Below, one piece after another: positions 1 through 9,587 of a DNA stretch of 32,000 nt. Below the pieces are notes generated by a model. It saw only the letters and a list, made by a program, of their open reading frames with translations. It made no database searches and had not been told where the DNA came from. Made by a program: the position numbers and the translations under genes. Numbering within the stretch: position 1 is the stretch's first letter; every line of letters begins with the position of its first letter. This stretch comes from Longivirga aurantiaca (GTDB lineage Bacteria > Actinomycetota > Actinomycetes > S36-B12 > CAIYMF01): the NCBI RefSeq assembly GCF_042660085.1, contig NZ_JBHSTI010000008.1, forward strand, positions 150,001-182,000, given 5' to 3'.

Positions 1-237
1 CGCCCCGGTCGATCCGCTGGTGGCAAGCACGACGGCGATGTCGTCGTCGACGGTGGCCGCGGGATCCGGGAGCACGGCCGCACGTGCCCGCGCGGCAGCG
101 GGCTCGTCACCGGCGGGAGCGACGGCGAGTGCAGGACCGTCGCCCGCGAGCGCCTCGGGCAGCAGGTCGAGCAGCGCCTCGACCCCGACGGGGCCGGGCA
201 CGACGTCCACGCGTCGGAGGTCGCGCTGCCTGCTCAC
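1..237 (-). CDS. menE: o-succinylbenzoate-CoA ligase (MenE), N-terminal part, truncated by window edge
   Basis: Reverse-strand reading from GTG at 237 is open to base 1 (79 codons): VSRQRDLRRVDVVPGPVGVEALLDLLPEAL...TVDDDIAVVLATSGSTGA. The SGSTG motif is typical of AMP-forming acyl-CoA ligases, and the ORF lies next to menC/menD. Not in the supplied ORF track because it is cut. Confidence 0.8.
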   Translation of the reverse strand, partial: MSRQRDLRRVDVVPGPVGVEALLDLLPEALAGDGPALAVAPAGDEPAAARARAAVLPDPAATVDDDIAVVLATSGSTGA

Positions 238-309
238 GCCTCTCAGCCTAGGGTTGTCGGTGCAGGCGCTCTCCCGCGACGGGAGGCGCGGACGAGGCGG
301 AGGACGCGG

Positions 310-471
310 ATGGCCACCGAGGCGCAGCCGACCCCGCCCGTCGACGGCGCGCCGACGCCGGAAGAGCCGACAGCCGACGATGCCCGGGAGCGCACGACGC
401 AGGAGCGGCTCCGGTCGATCGGCGCGCGGGCGAAGTCGATCTGGTGCGGAATCCTGAGCGGCCTCGGATGA
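310..471 (+). CDS. small hypothetical protein (53 aa), translationally coupled to menC
   Basis: ATG at 310 preceded by GGAGG (299-303) with 6-nt spacing. Encodes MATEAQPTPPVDGAPTPEEPTADDARERTTQERLRSIGARAKSIWCGILSGLG. The TGA (469-471) overlaps the menC ATG (468-470) as ATGA. Confidence 0.5.
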   Translation: MATEAQPTPPVDGAPTPEEPTADDARERTTQERLRSIGARAKSIWCGILSGLG

Positions 472-1478
472 CCCTCACCGTCGACGAGGCGGTGCCGTTC
501 GCGCTGCCCCTGTCGCGACGTTTCCGTGGCACGACCCTGCGCGAGGGCGTCCTCGTGCGCGTGGGGGACCGGTGGGGCGAGTGGGCGCCGTTCCCCGAGT
601 ACGACGACGTCACAGCCGCGCGCTGGCTGCGCGCGGCCCTCGAGCAGGCGCGAGGCGACTGGCCGGACGCCGTCCGCTCGTCGGTGCCGGTCAACGCGAT
701 CGTCCCCGCGCTCGACCCGGCCGAGGTCGGCGCGCTGGTGCTCGACGCCGTCCAGGTCGACGGCTGCACCACGATCAAGGTGAAGGTCGGCGAGCCGGGC
801 CAGGTCTTCGCCGCCGACGTCGCCCGCATCGCCGAGGTGCGCGCGGTCCTCGACGCCTGCGGTGCGGCCGAGGCGCTGATCCGGGTCGACGTCAACGGCG
901 CCTGGACCGTCGAGGAGGCCGCCGAGCGACTTGTCGTGCTGGCCGATGTCGCCCTCGGCCTCGAGTACGCCGAGCAGCCGTGCACCACGCTCGCCGAGCT
1001 CGCGGACCTGCGCACGCGGATCGACGTGCCGGTTGCGGTGGACGAGGGCGTGCGCCTCGCGGGCGAGCTCTCCGACCCCGCGCTCGACGCAGTCCGCGAC
1101 GCGGCGGACGTCGTGATCCTCAAGGCCATCCCGCTCGGCGGCGTACGCCGTGCCCTCGAGCTGGCCGAGCGCATCGGTCGACCCGTGACGGTGAGCGGCT
1201 CGCTCGACTCCAGCGTGGGTCTCGCGGCGGGTCTCGCGCTGGCCGGCGCCCTGCCCGACCTCGGGCACGCGTGCGGCCTCGGCACCGGACGGCTGCTCGC
1301 GGCCGACCTCACCGCGCGCACGCTCCTGCCCGAGGACGGCAGACTGTCGGTCGTGCGCCTCGCCCCCGATCCCGACCGGCTCGCCTCCGCCGCAGCTCTG
1401 CTCGCCGACGACCGTCGCGGGTGGTGGGCCGCCCGGCTCGACCGCTGCCTCGCCGTCCTCGAGGAGGGCACCGCATGA
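468..1478 (+). CDS. menC: o-succinylbenzoate synthase (enolase superfamily)
   Basis: MTLTVDEAVPFALPLSRRFRGTTLREGVLVRVGDRWGEWAPFPEY...TIKVKVG...RVDVNGAW...VDEGVR...VILKAIPLGGVRRALELAERIGRPVTVSGSLDSSVGLAAG. Enolase-superfamily motifs; overlaps menD start by ATGA. Confidence 0.92.
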   Translation: MTLTVDEAVPFALPLSRRFRGTTLREGVLVRVGDRWGEWAPFPEYDDVTAARWLRAALEQARGDWPDAVRSSVPVNAIVPALDPAEVGALVLDAVQVDGCTTIKVKVGEPGQVFAADVARIAEVRAVLDACGAAEALIRVDVNGAWTVEEAAERLVVLADVALGLEYAEQPCTTLAELADLRTRIDVPVAVDEGVRLAGELSDPALDAVRDAADVVILKAIPLGGVRRALELAERIGRPVTVSGSLDSSVGLAAGLALAGALPDLGHACGLGTGRLLAADLTARTLLPEDGRLSVVRLAPDPDRLASAAALLADDRRGWWAARLDRCLAVLEEGTA

Positions 1479-3331
1479 ACCCCAGCACGGCGATGGCGCG
1501 GGTCCTGGTCGACGAGCTCGTCGCCGGGGGGGTGACCGAGGTCGTGCTCGCGCCCGGCAGCCGCAGCGCGGCGCTCGCGATCGCGCTCGCCGAGGCCGAT
1601 GAGCGCGACGACCTGCGTCTGCACGTGCGCGTGGACGAGCGCAGCGCGGGCTTCCTCGCCCTCGGTCTCGCCAAGGTGGCCAAGGAGCCGGTCGCCGTCG
1701 TGACGACCAGCGGCACCGCCGTCGCCAACCTGCTGCCCTCACTGGTGGAGGCGTCGTACGCCGGGGTGCCGGTGATCGTCATCAGCGCAGACCGGCCGGC
1801 CGAGCTCCGCGACACCGGTGCGCACCAGACGATCGACCAGGTGAAGATCTTCGGCACCACCGTGCGCTGGTCGACCGAGGTGGCCGTGGCCGAGGCGCGC
1901 GTGGGCCAGGTGCGCTACTGGCGCTCGGTCGTGGCGCGCGCGATCTCGGTGGCGACCGAGGTCGGCTCGTCGGGGCCCGTGCACCTCAACGTCGCGTTCC
2001 GCGACCCGCTCGTGCCGGACGGCGACGACACCTGGATCGAGCCGCTCGCCCTGGCCGATGCCGACTCCTCGCCGGAGGAGCGGCTGCCCGTCGCGGTCGA
2101 CGCCCGGCTCGGGATGTCCGCGGCGCAGCCGATCGACGAGATCCTCGCGCTGTTCGCCGGGCCGGACGCCGACCCGGACCACGTCGTCCCCGCCCGCGGA
2201 GTCGTGGTGGTCGGCGACCTGTCCGACGTCGAGGCCAGCGACTCCGCCGTCGCCCTGGCCGAGTCGTGCGGCTGGCCGCTCATCGGGGAGCCGAGCGGCA
2301 ACGCGCGGGTGGGCGACTCGACCGTCGCGCACGGCGCGCTGCTGCTGGCCGACCCGCACTTCGCCGACGAGCACGCGCCCGAGCTCGTGGTCTGCGTCGG
2401 GCGCCCGGGGCTCTCGCGCTCGGTCCTCGCGATGATCCGCGACGCCCCGATGGTGATCGTGGCCGACGACCGCGCCGCGGCGTACCGCCCGGACCCCACG
2501 CGCAACGCGACGATGTTCGTCTCCGTCGTACCCGAGCCGCCGACGGCGTTCGAGCTGTACGACGACTCCTGGCTCGACGCCTGGCTCGCCGCCGACGCGC
2601 GCGCGGACGCGGCGATCACCAAGCGGCTCGACGAGGGCTCGACCCTGACCGGCCCGGACGTCGCGCGCACCCTCTGGGACGTGCTCGACTCCTCGGCGCT
2701 GCTGCTGGCGGCGTCCTCCTGGCCGGTGCGGCACCTGGAGTCGTTCGCGCGGGTGCGCGTGGCCGACGAGGCGCCGCTCGTGATCGGCAACCGCGGCGCG
2801 TCCGGCATCGACGGCCTGCTCGCGACGGCCTGGGGCGCGGCGCTCGCGCACCAGACCCCGCGCACGGCGATCCACGTGGACGAGGACGGCGTGGCGGAGG
2901 TGGTGACCGCGACCGGCGGCACGGCGTACGCGCTGGTCGGCGACCTCGCGTTCCTGCACGACCACAACGGCCTGCTCGCGGGTGACGACGAGCCGCGGCC
3001 CGATCTCGTGATCGTCGTCGTCGACAACGACGGCGGGGGGATCTTCGGCCAGCTCGAGCAGGCCGGTACGCCGCACTTCGAGCGGATCTTCGGCACGCCG
3101 CTCGGCCTCGACCTCGAGAAGGTCGCGGCGGCGGTCGCGGTCGACCACGTGTGCACCGTGACCGACGTGACGGCGCTGGTGGCCGCGATCGACGAGGCGA
3201 CGGCCGCGGGCGGCGTACGCGTCGTGGTCGCGAAGGTCGGCGAACGCGGCGACGAGGCCCAGCTGCTGCGCGACCTCCAGACCGACGTCAGCGCCGCCCT
3301 CGTCGACCTCGACGACCTCGACACCCCCTAG
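1475..3331 (+). CDS. menD: 2-succinyl-5-enolpyruvyl-6-hydroxy-3-cyclohexene-1-carboxylate synthase (ThDP enzyme)
   Basis: MNPSTAMARVLVDELVAGGVTEVVLAPGSRSAALAIALAEAD...GNRGASGIDG...GDLAFLHDHNGLL...VVVDNDGGGIFGQLEQ: classic MenD/ThDP motifs. ATG at 1475 is in frame with the 572..3331 ORF. Confidence 0.95.
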   Translation: MNPSTAMARVLVDELVAGGVTEVVLAPGSRSAALAIALAEADERDDLRLHVRVDERSAGFLALGLAKVAKEPVAVVTTSGTAVANLLPSLVEASYAGVPVIVISADRPAELRDTGAHQTIDQVKIFGTTVRWSTEVAVAEARVGQVRYWRSVVARAISVATEVGSSGPVHLNVAFRDPLVPDGDDTWIEPLALADADSSPEERLPVAVDARLGMSAAQPIDEILALFAGPDADPDHVVPARGVVVVGDLSDVEASDSAVALAESCGWPLIGEPSGNARVGDSTVAHGALLLADPHFADEHAPELVVCVGRPGLSRSVLAMIRDAPMVIVADDRAAAYRPDPTRNATMFVSVVPEPPTAFELYDDSWLDAWLAADARADAAITKRLDEGSTLTGPDVARTLWDVLDSSALLLAASSWPVRHLESFARVRVADEAPLVIGNRGASGIDGLLATAWGAALAHQTPRTAIHVDEDGVAEVVTATGGTAYALVGDLAFLHDHNGLLAGDDEPRPDLVIVVVDNDGGGIFGQLEQAGTPHFERIFGTPLGLDLEKVAAAVAVDHVCTVTDVTALVAAIDEATAAGGVRVVVAKVGERGDEAQLLRDLQTDVSAALVDLDDLDTP

Positions 3332-3385
3332 AACCGCACCCGTGTGCCCTGTGGTGAACTGCCTTGATCGACCCTAGGGGGTGAA

Positions 3386-4732
3386 TCAGGCGGGTTCGAG
3401 GGCGTCGCGCATGGCGACGAGCTTGGCCTGGGACTCGGCCAGCTCGGCGTCGGCGTCGGAGCCGGACACCAGGCCGCAGCCGGCGAACAGCCGCAGGCGG
3501 TCCTCCGCCTCGATCGCGCCGCAGCGCAGCGCGATCCCGAACTCGCCGTCGCCGCGCGCATCGACCCAGCCGACCGGCCCGGCGTAGCGGCCACGGTCCA
3601 TGCCCTCGAGCTCGCGGATCACCGCGAACGCGCGCTCGGTGGGCGTGCCGCACACCGCTGCCGTCGGGTGGAGCGACGCCGCCAGCGCGAGCGCCGGTGC
3701 GCCGTCGGCCAGGACGCCGCTGACGTCGGTCGCGAGGTGCTGCACGTTCGCGAGGCGGAGCAGGCGCGGCGTCGCGGGGACGTCGAGGTCGGTGCAGTGC
3801 GCCGCGAGCGCGAGGGCGACGGAGTTGACGGCGTACTGGTGCTCGGCGTGGTCCTTGGCGGAGTCGAGCAGCGCCTCCGCGAGCGAGGCGTCGTTGGTCG
3901 CGTCGGACGAACGACGCATCGTGCCGGCCAGCACGCGCGAGGTGACGGTGTCGCCGATGCGCCGCACGAGCATCTCCGGCGTGGCGCCGAGCAGGCCGTC
4001 GACCGAGAACGCCCAGCACGAGGGGTACTTGGTCGCCAGCCGCGTCAGCAGGTGCCGCGGGTCGATGGGGCCGTCGGTGGTGACGACGACGTCGCGCGCG
4101 AGCACCACCTTGTCGAGCTCGCCGTCGTCGATCCGGCGGACGGCCTCGGTGACGGCGGACTGCCAGTCGGGCACCGACAGCGTGCCCTCGGAGTAGGCCA
4201 CGCCGCGCGGGGCCTCGGGCACGATGGTCGGGTGGGCCAGGGCCGCCACCGTCTCGGCGACCGCGTGCCGGGCCTCGCGCGCGCTCGCGGCGACGACGGT
4301 CAGCCAGGTGACGCCGTCCCGCCGCCCCACGACCACGCGCGGGACGACGACGACCGACGACCCCGGGGTCGCGTCGAAGGCGAACGACGCGAACGCCACG
4401 GCGCCGGAGCCGGGCAGGTGCACGGCGTCCTGCACGTCGGCGTCCGCGACCCAGGTGGCCCACCAGCGCTGGGCCCGCGAGAACCGCTCGGCACCGCCGA
4501 ACTCGCCCCGCGCCGCCTCGCCCCATCCGACCAGGCCCTGGTCCTCGCCGTGCTCGTCGGTGGTCACCCACGAGGTCGGTGCGAGTCCGCGCGGGAGCAG
4601 CGACAGGAGGGGCCGGTCCGCGAACTCGTCCGGGAGGACGACAGTCCGTACGGTGGCCGGCGGAGCCGGCACGGCGACGGGTGCGGTGGACACGCGATTC
4701 AGGCTAGGGCCACCTGACCTCCTCGGCAGCAC
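3386..4732 (-). CDS. menF: isochorismate synthase
   Basis: Chorismate-binding C-terminus: VLARDVVVTTDGPIDPRHLLTRL...SVDGLLGATPEMLVRR...GTMRRSSD...HAVNSVALALAAH-like segment...HPTAAVCGTPTERAFAVIRELEGMDRGRYAGPVGWVDARGDGEFGIALRCG. Start uncertain; GTG at 4693 is an alternative. Confidence 0.9.
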   Translation of the reverse strand: MLPRRSGGPSLNRVSTAPVAVPAPPATVRTVVLPDEFADRPLLSLLPRGLAPTSWVTTDEHGEDQGLVGWGEAARGEFGGAERFSRAQRWWATWVADADVQDAVHLPGSGAVAFASFAFDATPGSSVVVVPRVVVGRRDGVTWLTVVAASAREARHAVAETVAALAHPTIVPEAPRGVAYSEGTLSVPDWQSAVTEAVRRIDDGELDKVVLARDVVVTTDGPIDPRHLLTRLATKYPSCWAFSVDGLLGATPEMLVRRIGDTVTSRVLAGTMRRSSDATNDASLAEALLDSAKDHAEHQYAVNSVALALAAHCTDLDVPATPRLLRLANVQHLATDVSGVLADGAPALALAASLHPTAAVCGTPTERAFAVIRELEGMDRGRYAGPVGWVDARGDGEFGIALRCGAIEAEDRLRLFAGCGLVSGSDADAELAESQAKLVAMRDALEPA

Positions 4733-5001
4733 GACGAGGGCGTTACGTGGCGCACGTCATGCCCCTCGCCGCTCCCGTGAGCGTGGGTGCGGGCGTGGGC
4801 AGGGGTACGGCGGACGTCGTCGCCCGGCCGTGCGAGCCCCGCCGCGCCGGTGACGGCGGGAGTCCGCCCCGGGTCCTGCGGCCGGCGGGTGCGACGGGCA
4901 GCCAGGGGCGCGGAGCAGGCTGGTCGTCGCATCCGCGAGCCGCGGGGCCGTGCGCGGAGCGCTGGTGGGGAGCGCGGGCCGGGCGGTGGCCGGGCCGTGG
5001 C

Positions 5002-5934
5002 TCAGGTGGCCGTCGCCGCCGACACCCGCGTCGCGAGCAGCGTCCCCGTGAGCGTGAAGCCACTGCCGTAGTTGGTTGAGGCACAGCTCAAGGCCAAAGG
5101 TGCTGAGGCTGCGGTGATGGAGACGACTGCCGGAGTCAGGGCGATGACGTCGTCGCGAAGGCTGGCCTCAGGGTCCTTCACAGTCGGTGGTTGTGGACTG
5201 TTGAGCGTGTTGGGTGGCGCGACGTCGTAGGTACAGGTGAGGACCGAAACGGTTTGGATGCCAGCGCCGTTGGAGGTGAACACATGCCCGGTCACGACGT
5301 AGGTGCCGGAGGGGAGGGTGACGGTGGCCAGCGTGTGGGTGTCGCTGGCGGTGTAGACGGTGGCCTCGCCGGTGTCGAGCCAGGCCGGCCCGGTGCCGTC
5401 GGCACCGTCGGCCCCGTCGACACCGGCCGGGCCGCGCGGACCGACATCTCCCTGCGGACCGACGTCGCCCTGCGGGCCGGCTGGGCCCTCCGGACCCGTC
5501 CCGCCCAGCGGTCCCGCATCGCCCGCGGCACCGGTCGCGCCGGTCGCGCCGGTCGGACCTGTCGCCCCCGTCGTCCCGGTCGCTCCGGTGGCGCCGTCCG
5601 ATCCGGTCGGCCCGCGGGCACCGGTGGCACCCGCGGCTCCGGAAGCGCCGGTGGCCCCGGCCGGGCCGCGCGCCCCGACCACACGGGTGAGCGTGTACCC
5701 CGACGGGCAGCTGCCCGCGGTGGTCGGCGCGACCATCGGCGCACCGCGCTTCAGGCACACCGACAGGGCCGACGTGCTGGTCGCGGCGTCGGCCACCACG
5801 ACGCCCGCGAGGAGCAGGCCCGCGGCCACACCGGGCACGAGCAGAGCGGCCCGGGTGCGGCGACCGGCTCGGCGTGCGCCCTGCAGCATCGGGGCCGAGG
5901 GGGAGGTTCGGGAGGGAAGGTCTTCTCTGGTCAT
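5002..5934 (-). CDS. exported collagen-like (Gly-X-Y) repeat protein
   Basis: 310 aa: basic N-terminus plus hydrophobic segment ([24 protein letters not shown]), short two-Cys segment ([24 protein letters not shown]), about 31-32 uninterrupted GXX triplets, then a roughly 125-aa Thr/Val-rich C-terminal domain with two Cys. Confidence 0.85.
   Translation of the reverse strand: MTREDLPSRTSPSAPMLQGARRAGRRTRAALLVPGVAAGLLLAGVVVADAATSTSALSVCLKRGAPMVAPTTAGSCPSGYTLTRVVGARGPAGATGASGAAGATGARGPTGSDGATGATGTTGATGPTGATGATGAAGDAGPLGGTGPEGPAGPQGDVGPQGDVGPRGPAGVDGADGADGTGPAWLDTGEATVYTASDTHTLATVTLPSGTYVVTGHVFTSNGAGIQTVSVLTCTYDVAPPNTLNSPQPPTVKDPEASLRDDVIALTPAVVSITAASAPLALSCASTNYGSGFTLTGTLLATRVSAATAT
5389..5676 (-). 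repeat. collagen-like Gly-X-X triplet tract (about 32 triplets) within the 5002..5934 CDS
   Basis: [96 protein letters not shown]. Confidence 0.9.
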
Positions 5935-6193
5935 GCCCCTAGGGCACCGCGCGGATGCATCGGGTCGCGCGCCGAGCGCGCGGAACCGGCCGAACTCCCG
6001 ACGGGGGTCCGCCGACCTGCCGGCGTCGCGGTCCGACCGCTGTCACCCAGACGTCCTAACCGCCCTGAATCCACGCCGTGGATGTGCCCTGCCCGGCGGC
6101 CGGACGCGGCCGAGCCGGCACCGATGCAGGGCCGGCTGACTTCCTCGTACCGGGTCGGATCGGCAGGCGTGGCGGGGTACAGTACGCGTGCGC

Positions 6194-6211
6194 TCGTGAA
6201 CACGTTCACAA
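6194..6211 (+). promoter_or_regulatory. putative Rex (NADH/NAD+ redox sensor) operator upstream of nuo operon
   Basis: TCGTGAACACGTTCACAA matches the published Rex-type consensus TTGTGAANNNNTTCACAA at 13 of 14 specified positions. It lies inside a longer dyad 6187-6218 (14 of 16 pairs), about 290 bp upstream of nuoA, a known Rex target in Streptomyces. Confidence 0.7.
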
Positions 6212-6421
6212 GCGCACGTGCATACCTGACGACCGACGAGGAACCGCGACTCCTGTGGCCATGCAGACCCCGCCTCGGCGCGCAGCCGGCACCGGCGTCG
6301 GCGACGCCGACCGCACGGCTGCGGAGGCCGCCGAGACCGGCGTCGGACGGGTCGCGGGAGCGGTCCCGAGACGGGGTCCGGCAGCATGACCGCCCGGGTC
6401 CGAGGGTCATTCGGACAGCAC

Positions 6422-6427
6422 TAGGAT
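6422..6427 (+). promoter_or_regulatory. possible -10 element (TAGGAT) proximal to nuoA
   Basis: TAGGAT hexamer 76 bp upstream of the nuoA start; no convincing -35 found. Confidence 0.3.
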
Positions 6428-6503
6428 TCATCAGGTTTGAGATCCACCAGCGTGAGCGAGGCAGCCCGGCGCGAGCGGGGCGACCAGGAGAAGGGGCACT
6501 GAC

Positions 6504-6866
6504 GTGGGCGAGGTCTACCTCCCGATCCTGGTCCTCGGCATCCTCGGACTGGCCTTCGGTCTCTTCGCGGTGTTCGCCCCGGTGGTCATCGGCCCCCGCC
6601 GCTACAACCGCGCGAAGCTCGACTCCTACGAGTGCGGCATCGACCCCACCCCGCAGCCCATCGGCGGCGGCCGGTTCCCGATCAGGTACTACCTGACGGC
6701 GATGCTCTTCATCGTCTTCGACATCGAGATCGTGTTCCTCTACCCGTTCGCGGTCGCGTTCGACCAGCTCGCGCTCTTCGGGCTCATCGAGATGGGCCTG
6801 TTCATCATCACCGTCCTCGTGGTCTACGGGTACGTCTGGCGCCGGGGCGGGCTCGAATGGGACTGA
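6504..6866 (+). CDS. nuoA: NADH-quinone oxidoreductase subunit A
   Basis: 120 aa, ...[54 protein letters not shown]; the NuoA loop signature. Confidence 0.97.
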   Translation: MGEVYLPILVLGILGLAFGLFAVFAPVVIGPRRYNRAKLDSYECGIDPTPQPIGGGRFPIRYYLTAMLFIVFDIEIVFLYPFAVAFDQLALFGLIEMGLFIITVLVVYGYVWRRGGLEWD

Positions 6867-6940
6867 CGCCCCGCCAGGTCCGCAGCAGCACCACGCACCC
6901 CGCACGCACCGCACCCCCCACCGGACAGGAGCGCTAGGAC

Positions 6941-7495
6941 ATGGGACTCGAGGAGAGCCTCCCGAGCGGCATCCTGCTCACCACGGTCGAGAAGCTGGCC
7001 GGCTACGGCCGGGCCGGGTCGATGTGGCCCGCCACCTTCGGCCTCGCCTGCTGCTCGATCGAGATGATGTCGACGGGCGGTCCGCGCTACGACCTCGCCC
7101 GCTTCGGCATGGAGGTGTTCCGCGGCTCGCCGCGCCACGCCGACCTCATGATCGTGGCCGGCCGCGTGAGCCAGAAGATGGCACCGATCGTCCGCCAGAT
7201 CTACGACCAGATGCCCAACCCCAAGTTCGTGCTCGCGATGGGTGTCTGCGCCTCGAGCGGCGGCATGTTCAACAACTACGCGATCGTCCAGGGCGTCGAC
7301 CACATCGTGCCCGTCGACGTCTACCTGCCCGGCTGCCCGCCCCGCCCCGAGATGCTGCTCGACGCGATCATGCAGATCCACGAGAAGTCGCGGCAGACCA
7401 AGCTCGGCATCAACCGCCAGAACCAGATCACCGAGCTCGAGGAAGCCGCGCTCGTCGCGACCCCGACCTCCGAGATGAAGGGGCTGCTGCGGTGA
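6941..7495 (+). CDS. nuoB: NADH-quinone oxidoreductase subunit B
   Basis: [11 protein letters not shown]...[65 protein letters not shown]. Confidence 0.98.
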   Translation: MGLEESLPSGILLTTVEKLAGYGRAGSMWPATFGLACCSIEMMSTGGPRYDLARFGMEVFRGSPRHADLMIVAGRVSQKMAPIVRQIYDQMPNPKFVLAMGVCASSGGMFNNYAIVQGVDHIVPVDVYLPGCPPRPEMLLDAIMQIHEKSRQTKLGINRQNQITELEEAALVATPTSEMKGLLR

Positions 7496-8214
7496 CCGAG
7501 TCCCACGACGACACCGCGGGCATCGTCCCGGTCGTGCCGGCCGGCGTCCCGACCCTCCCCGTCGTCGACGTCCGCACCGGCCTCTTCGGCGGCTCGGGCA
7601 CCGGCGACACCTCCGGCTTCGGCGGCCTCGTCCGCACCATCGAGTTCCCGCCCCCGAGCCCGCGCCCGTTCGGCGGCTGGTACGACGAGGTCGCGGACGA
7701 GCTCGACCTCGCGCTCCAGGAGGACGGCCTGTCGTTCGACGCCGCGGTCCTCGCGACGGTGGTGTCGAACGGCGAGATCACGTTCCACGTGCGCGCCGAG
7801 CACCTGCTCGCGTTCGTCCAGCGTCTGCGCGACGAGTCCGCGCTGCGCTTCGAGATGTGCCTCGGCGTCTCCGGCGTCCACTACCCGCACATGACGGGCG
7901 CGGAGTTCCACGCCGTGTGGCACTTCCAGTCGGTCACGTTCAACCGCCGTATCCGCGTCGAGGTCTCGGCCCCGGCCGAGCACCCGCACGTGCCCAGCAT
8001 CGTGTCGGTCTACCCGGCCGACGACTGGCACGAGCGCGAGGCGTTCGACATGTTCGGCATCGTCTTCGACGGCCACCCCGGTCTCACCCGCATCCTCATG
8101 CCGGACGACTGGTACGGCTTCCCCCAGCGCAAGGACTACCCGCTCGGCGGGATCCCGGTGGAGTACAAGGGCGCCTCCATCCCGCCGCCCGACACGCGGA
8201 GGTCGTACACCTGA
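7492..8214 (+). CDS. nuoC: NADH-quinone oxidoreductase subunit C
   Basis: GTG at 7492 overlapping the nuoB stop; ...[47 protein letters not shown]. Confidence 0.95.
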   Translation: MTESHDDTAGIVPVVPAGVPTLPVVDVRTGLFGGSGTGDTSGFGGLVRTIEFPPPSPRPFGGWYDEVADELDLALQEDGLSFDAAVLATVVSNGEITFHVRAEHLLAFVQRLRDESALRFEMCLGVSGVHYPHMTGAEFHAVWHFQSVTFNRRIRVEVSAPAEHPHVPSIVSVYPADDWHEREAFDMFGIVFDGHPGLTRILMPDDWYGFPQRKDYPLGGIPVEYKGASIPPPDTRRSYT

Positions 8215-9587
8215 TGGCCGACGTCACCTACGAGTCCGCGTACGACGACATCCTCGGCGAGACCGAGGGTCCCGAGGCGGGCAGCTACGACACCACCGAG
8301 GGACGCGTCTACACCGTCACCGGCGGCGACTGGGACGAGGTCCTGGCGCCCGAGTCCGGCGTCAAGGAGCGCGTCGTCGTCAACATGGGCCCCCAGCACC
8401 CGTCGACGCACGGCGTGCTGCGCCTCATCCTCGAGATGGAGGGGGAGGTCATCACCGAGGCCCGCTGCGGCATCGGCTACCTCCACACCGGCATCGAGAA
8501 GAACCTCGAGTACCGCACCTGGGTGCAGGCCGTGCCCTACGTGACGCGCATGGACTACCTCGCGCCGATCGCCAACGAGGCCGGCTACTGCCTCGCGGTC
8601 GAGAAGCTGCTCGGCATCGTCGACAAGGTGCCCGAGCGCGCGCAGCTCATGCGCGTCATCACCCTCGAGCTCAACCGCATGGGGTCGCACCTCGTCGCGC
8701 TCGCCACGGGCGGCTTCGAGATGGGCGCGCTCACCGCGATGACCAACGGGTTCCGCGACCGCGAGCTCACCCTCGACCTGCTCGAGATGATCACCGGCCT
8801 GCGCATGAACCACGCGTACATCCGCCCCGGCGGCGTCGCGCAGGACATGCCCGAGGGGGGCGTCCGCGACATCCGCGCGGCGATGGACAAGCTCGACCGC
8901 CAGCTCGACGGCGTGCCGCAGCTGCTGGTGAACAACAGCGTCTGGATGGACCGCACGTCCGGCATCGGGGTGCTCGACCTCGCCGGCTGCATGGCTCTCG
9001 GGATCACCGGCCCGGTGCTGCGCTCGACCGGTCTTCCGTACGACATCCGCAAGAGCGAGCCGTACTTCGGCTACGAGCAGTTCGACTTCGAGGTTCCGAC
9101 CGAGACCACGAACGACGTCTACGGCCGCTTCCTGATCCGTCTGCGCGAGCTCGACGAGTCCAAGAGGATCATCCGCCAGGCCTGCGACCTCCTCGAGAAG
9201 ACGCCCGGCCCGGTGATGATCGAGGACAAGAAGATCGGCTGGCCCTCTCAGCTCTCCATCGGCGGAGACGGCATGGGCAACTCCCTCGAGCACATCCGCC
9301 ACATCATGGGCGAGTCGATGGAGGCGCTGATCCACCACTTCAAGCTGGTCACCGAGGGCTTCCACGTCCCGGCGGGCCAGGCGTTCTCGCTCATCGAGGC
9401 GCCGCGGGGCGTCCTCGGGGTGCACGTGGTCAGCGACGGCAGCAACCGTCCGTACCGCGTGCACTTCCGCGACCCGTCGTTCAACAACCTGCAGGCGACG
9501 GCGGCGATGTGCGAGGGCGGCCAGGTGGCGGACGTGATCGGTGCGGTGGCGTCGATCGACCCCGTCATGGGCGGTGTGGACAGGTGA
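8214..9587 (+). CDS. nuoD: NADH-quinone oxidoreductase subunit D
   Basis: ATG at 8214; ...[50 protein letters not shown]...; ends ...[11 protein letters not shown]. Confidence 0.97.
   Translation: MADVTYESAYDDILGETEGPEAGSYDTTEGRVYTVTGGDWDEVLAPESGVKERVVVNMGPQHPSTHGVLRLILEMEGEVITEARCGIGYLHTGIEKNLEYRTWVQAVPYVTRMDYLAPIANEAGYCLAVEKLLGIVDKVPERAQLMRVITLELNRMGSHLVALATGGFEMGALTAMTNGFRDRELTLDLLEMITGLRMNHAYIRPGGVAQDMPEGGVRDIRAAMDKLDRQLDGVPQLLVNNSVWMDRTSGIGVLDLAGCMALGITGPVLRSTGLPYDIRKSEPYFGYEQFDFEVPTETTNDVYGRFLIRLRELDESKRIIRQACDLLEKTPGPVMIEDKKIGWPSQLSIGGDGMGNSLEHIRHIMGESMEALIHHFKLVTEGFHVPAGQAFSLIEAPRGVLGVHVVSDGSNRPYRVHFRDPSFNNLQATAAMCEGGQVADVIGAVASIDPVMGGVDR

Noticed and set aside
20-457. 145-aa + strand ORF in the supplied track
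   Set aside because: Low-complexity Ala/Ser/Arg translation. It overlaps the real menE N-terminus on the opposite strand and the better-supported small ORF at 310-471.
243-1742. Long antisense ORFs over menC/menD (243..1742 -, 248..1624 -, 1739..3148 -, 1915..3324 -)
   Set aside because: High GC makes long spurious frames; the Arg/Ala/Gly/His-rich translations have no motifs, while the sense strand encodes clear MenC and MenD.
4733-5001. Small ORFs in the gap between menF and the collagen-like gene
   Set aside because: Several overlapping frames are open on both strands, with Arg/Gly-rich translations and no ribosome-binding site or motif support.
5168-5758. Overlapping Arg/Gly-rich ORFs in the collagen-like gene region (5168..5758 -, 5292..5744 -, 5360..6139 +)
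   Set aside because: They are alternative-frame readings of the GXX repeat DNA; only the 5002..5934 frame gives a signal peptide and regular triplets.
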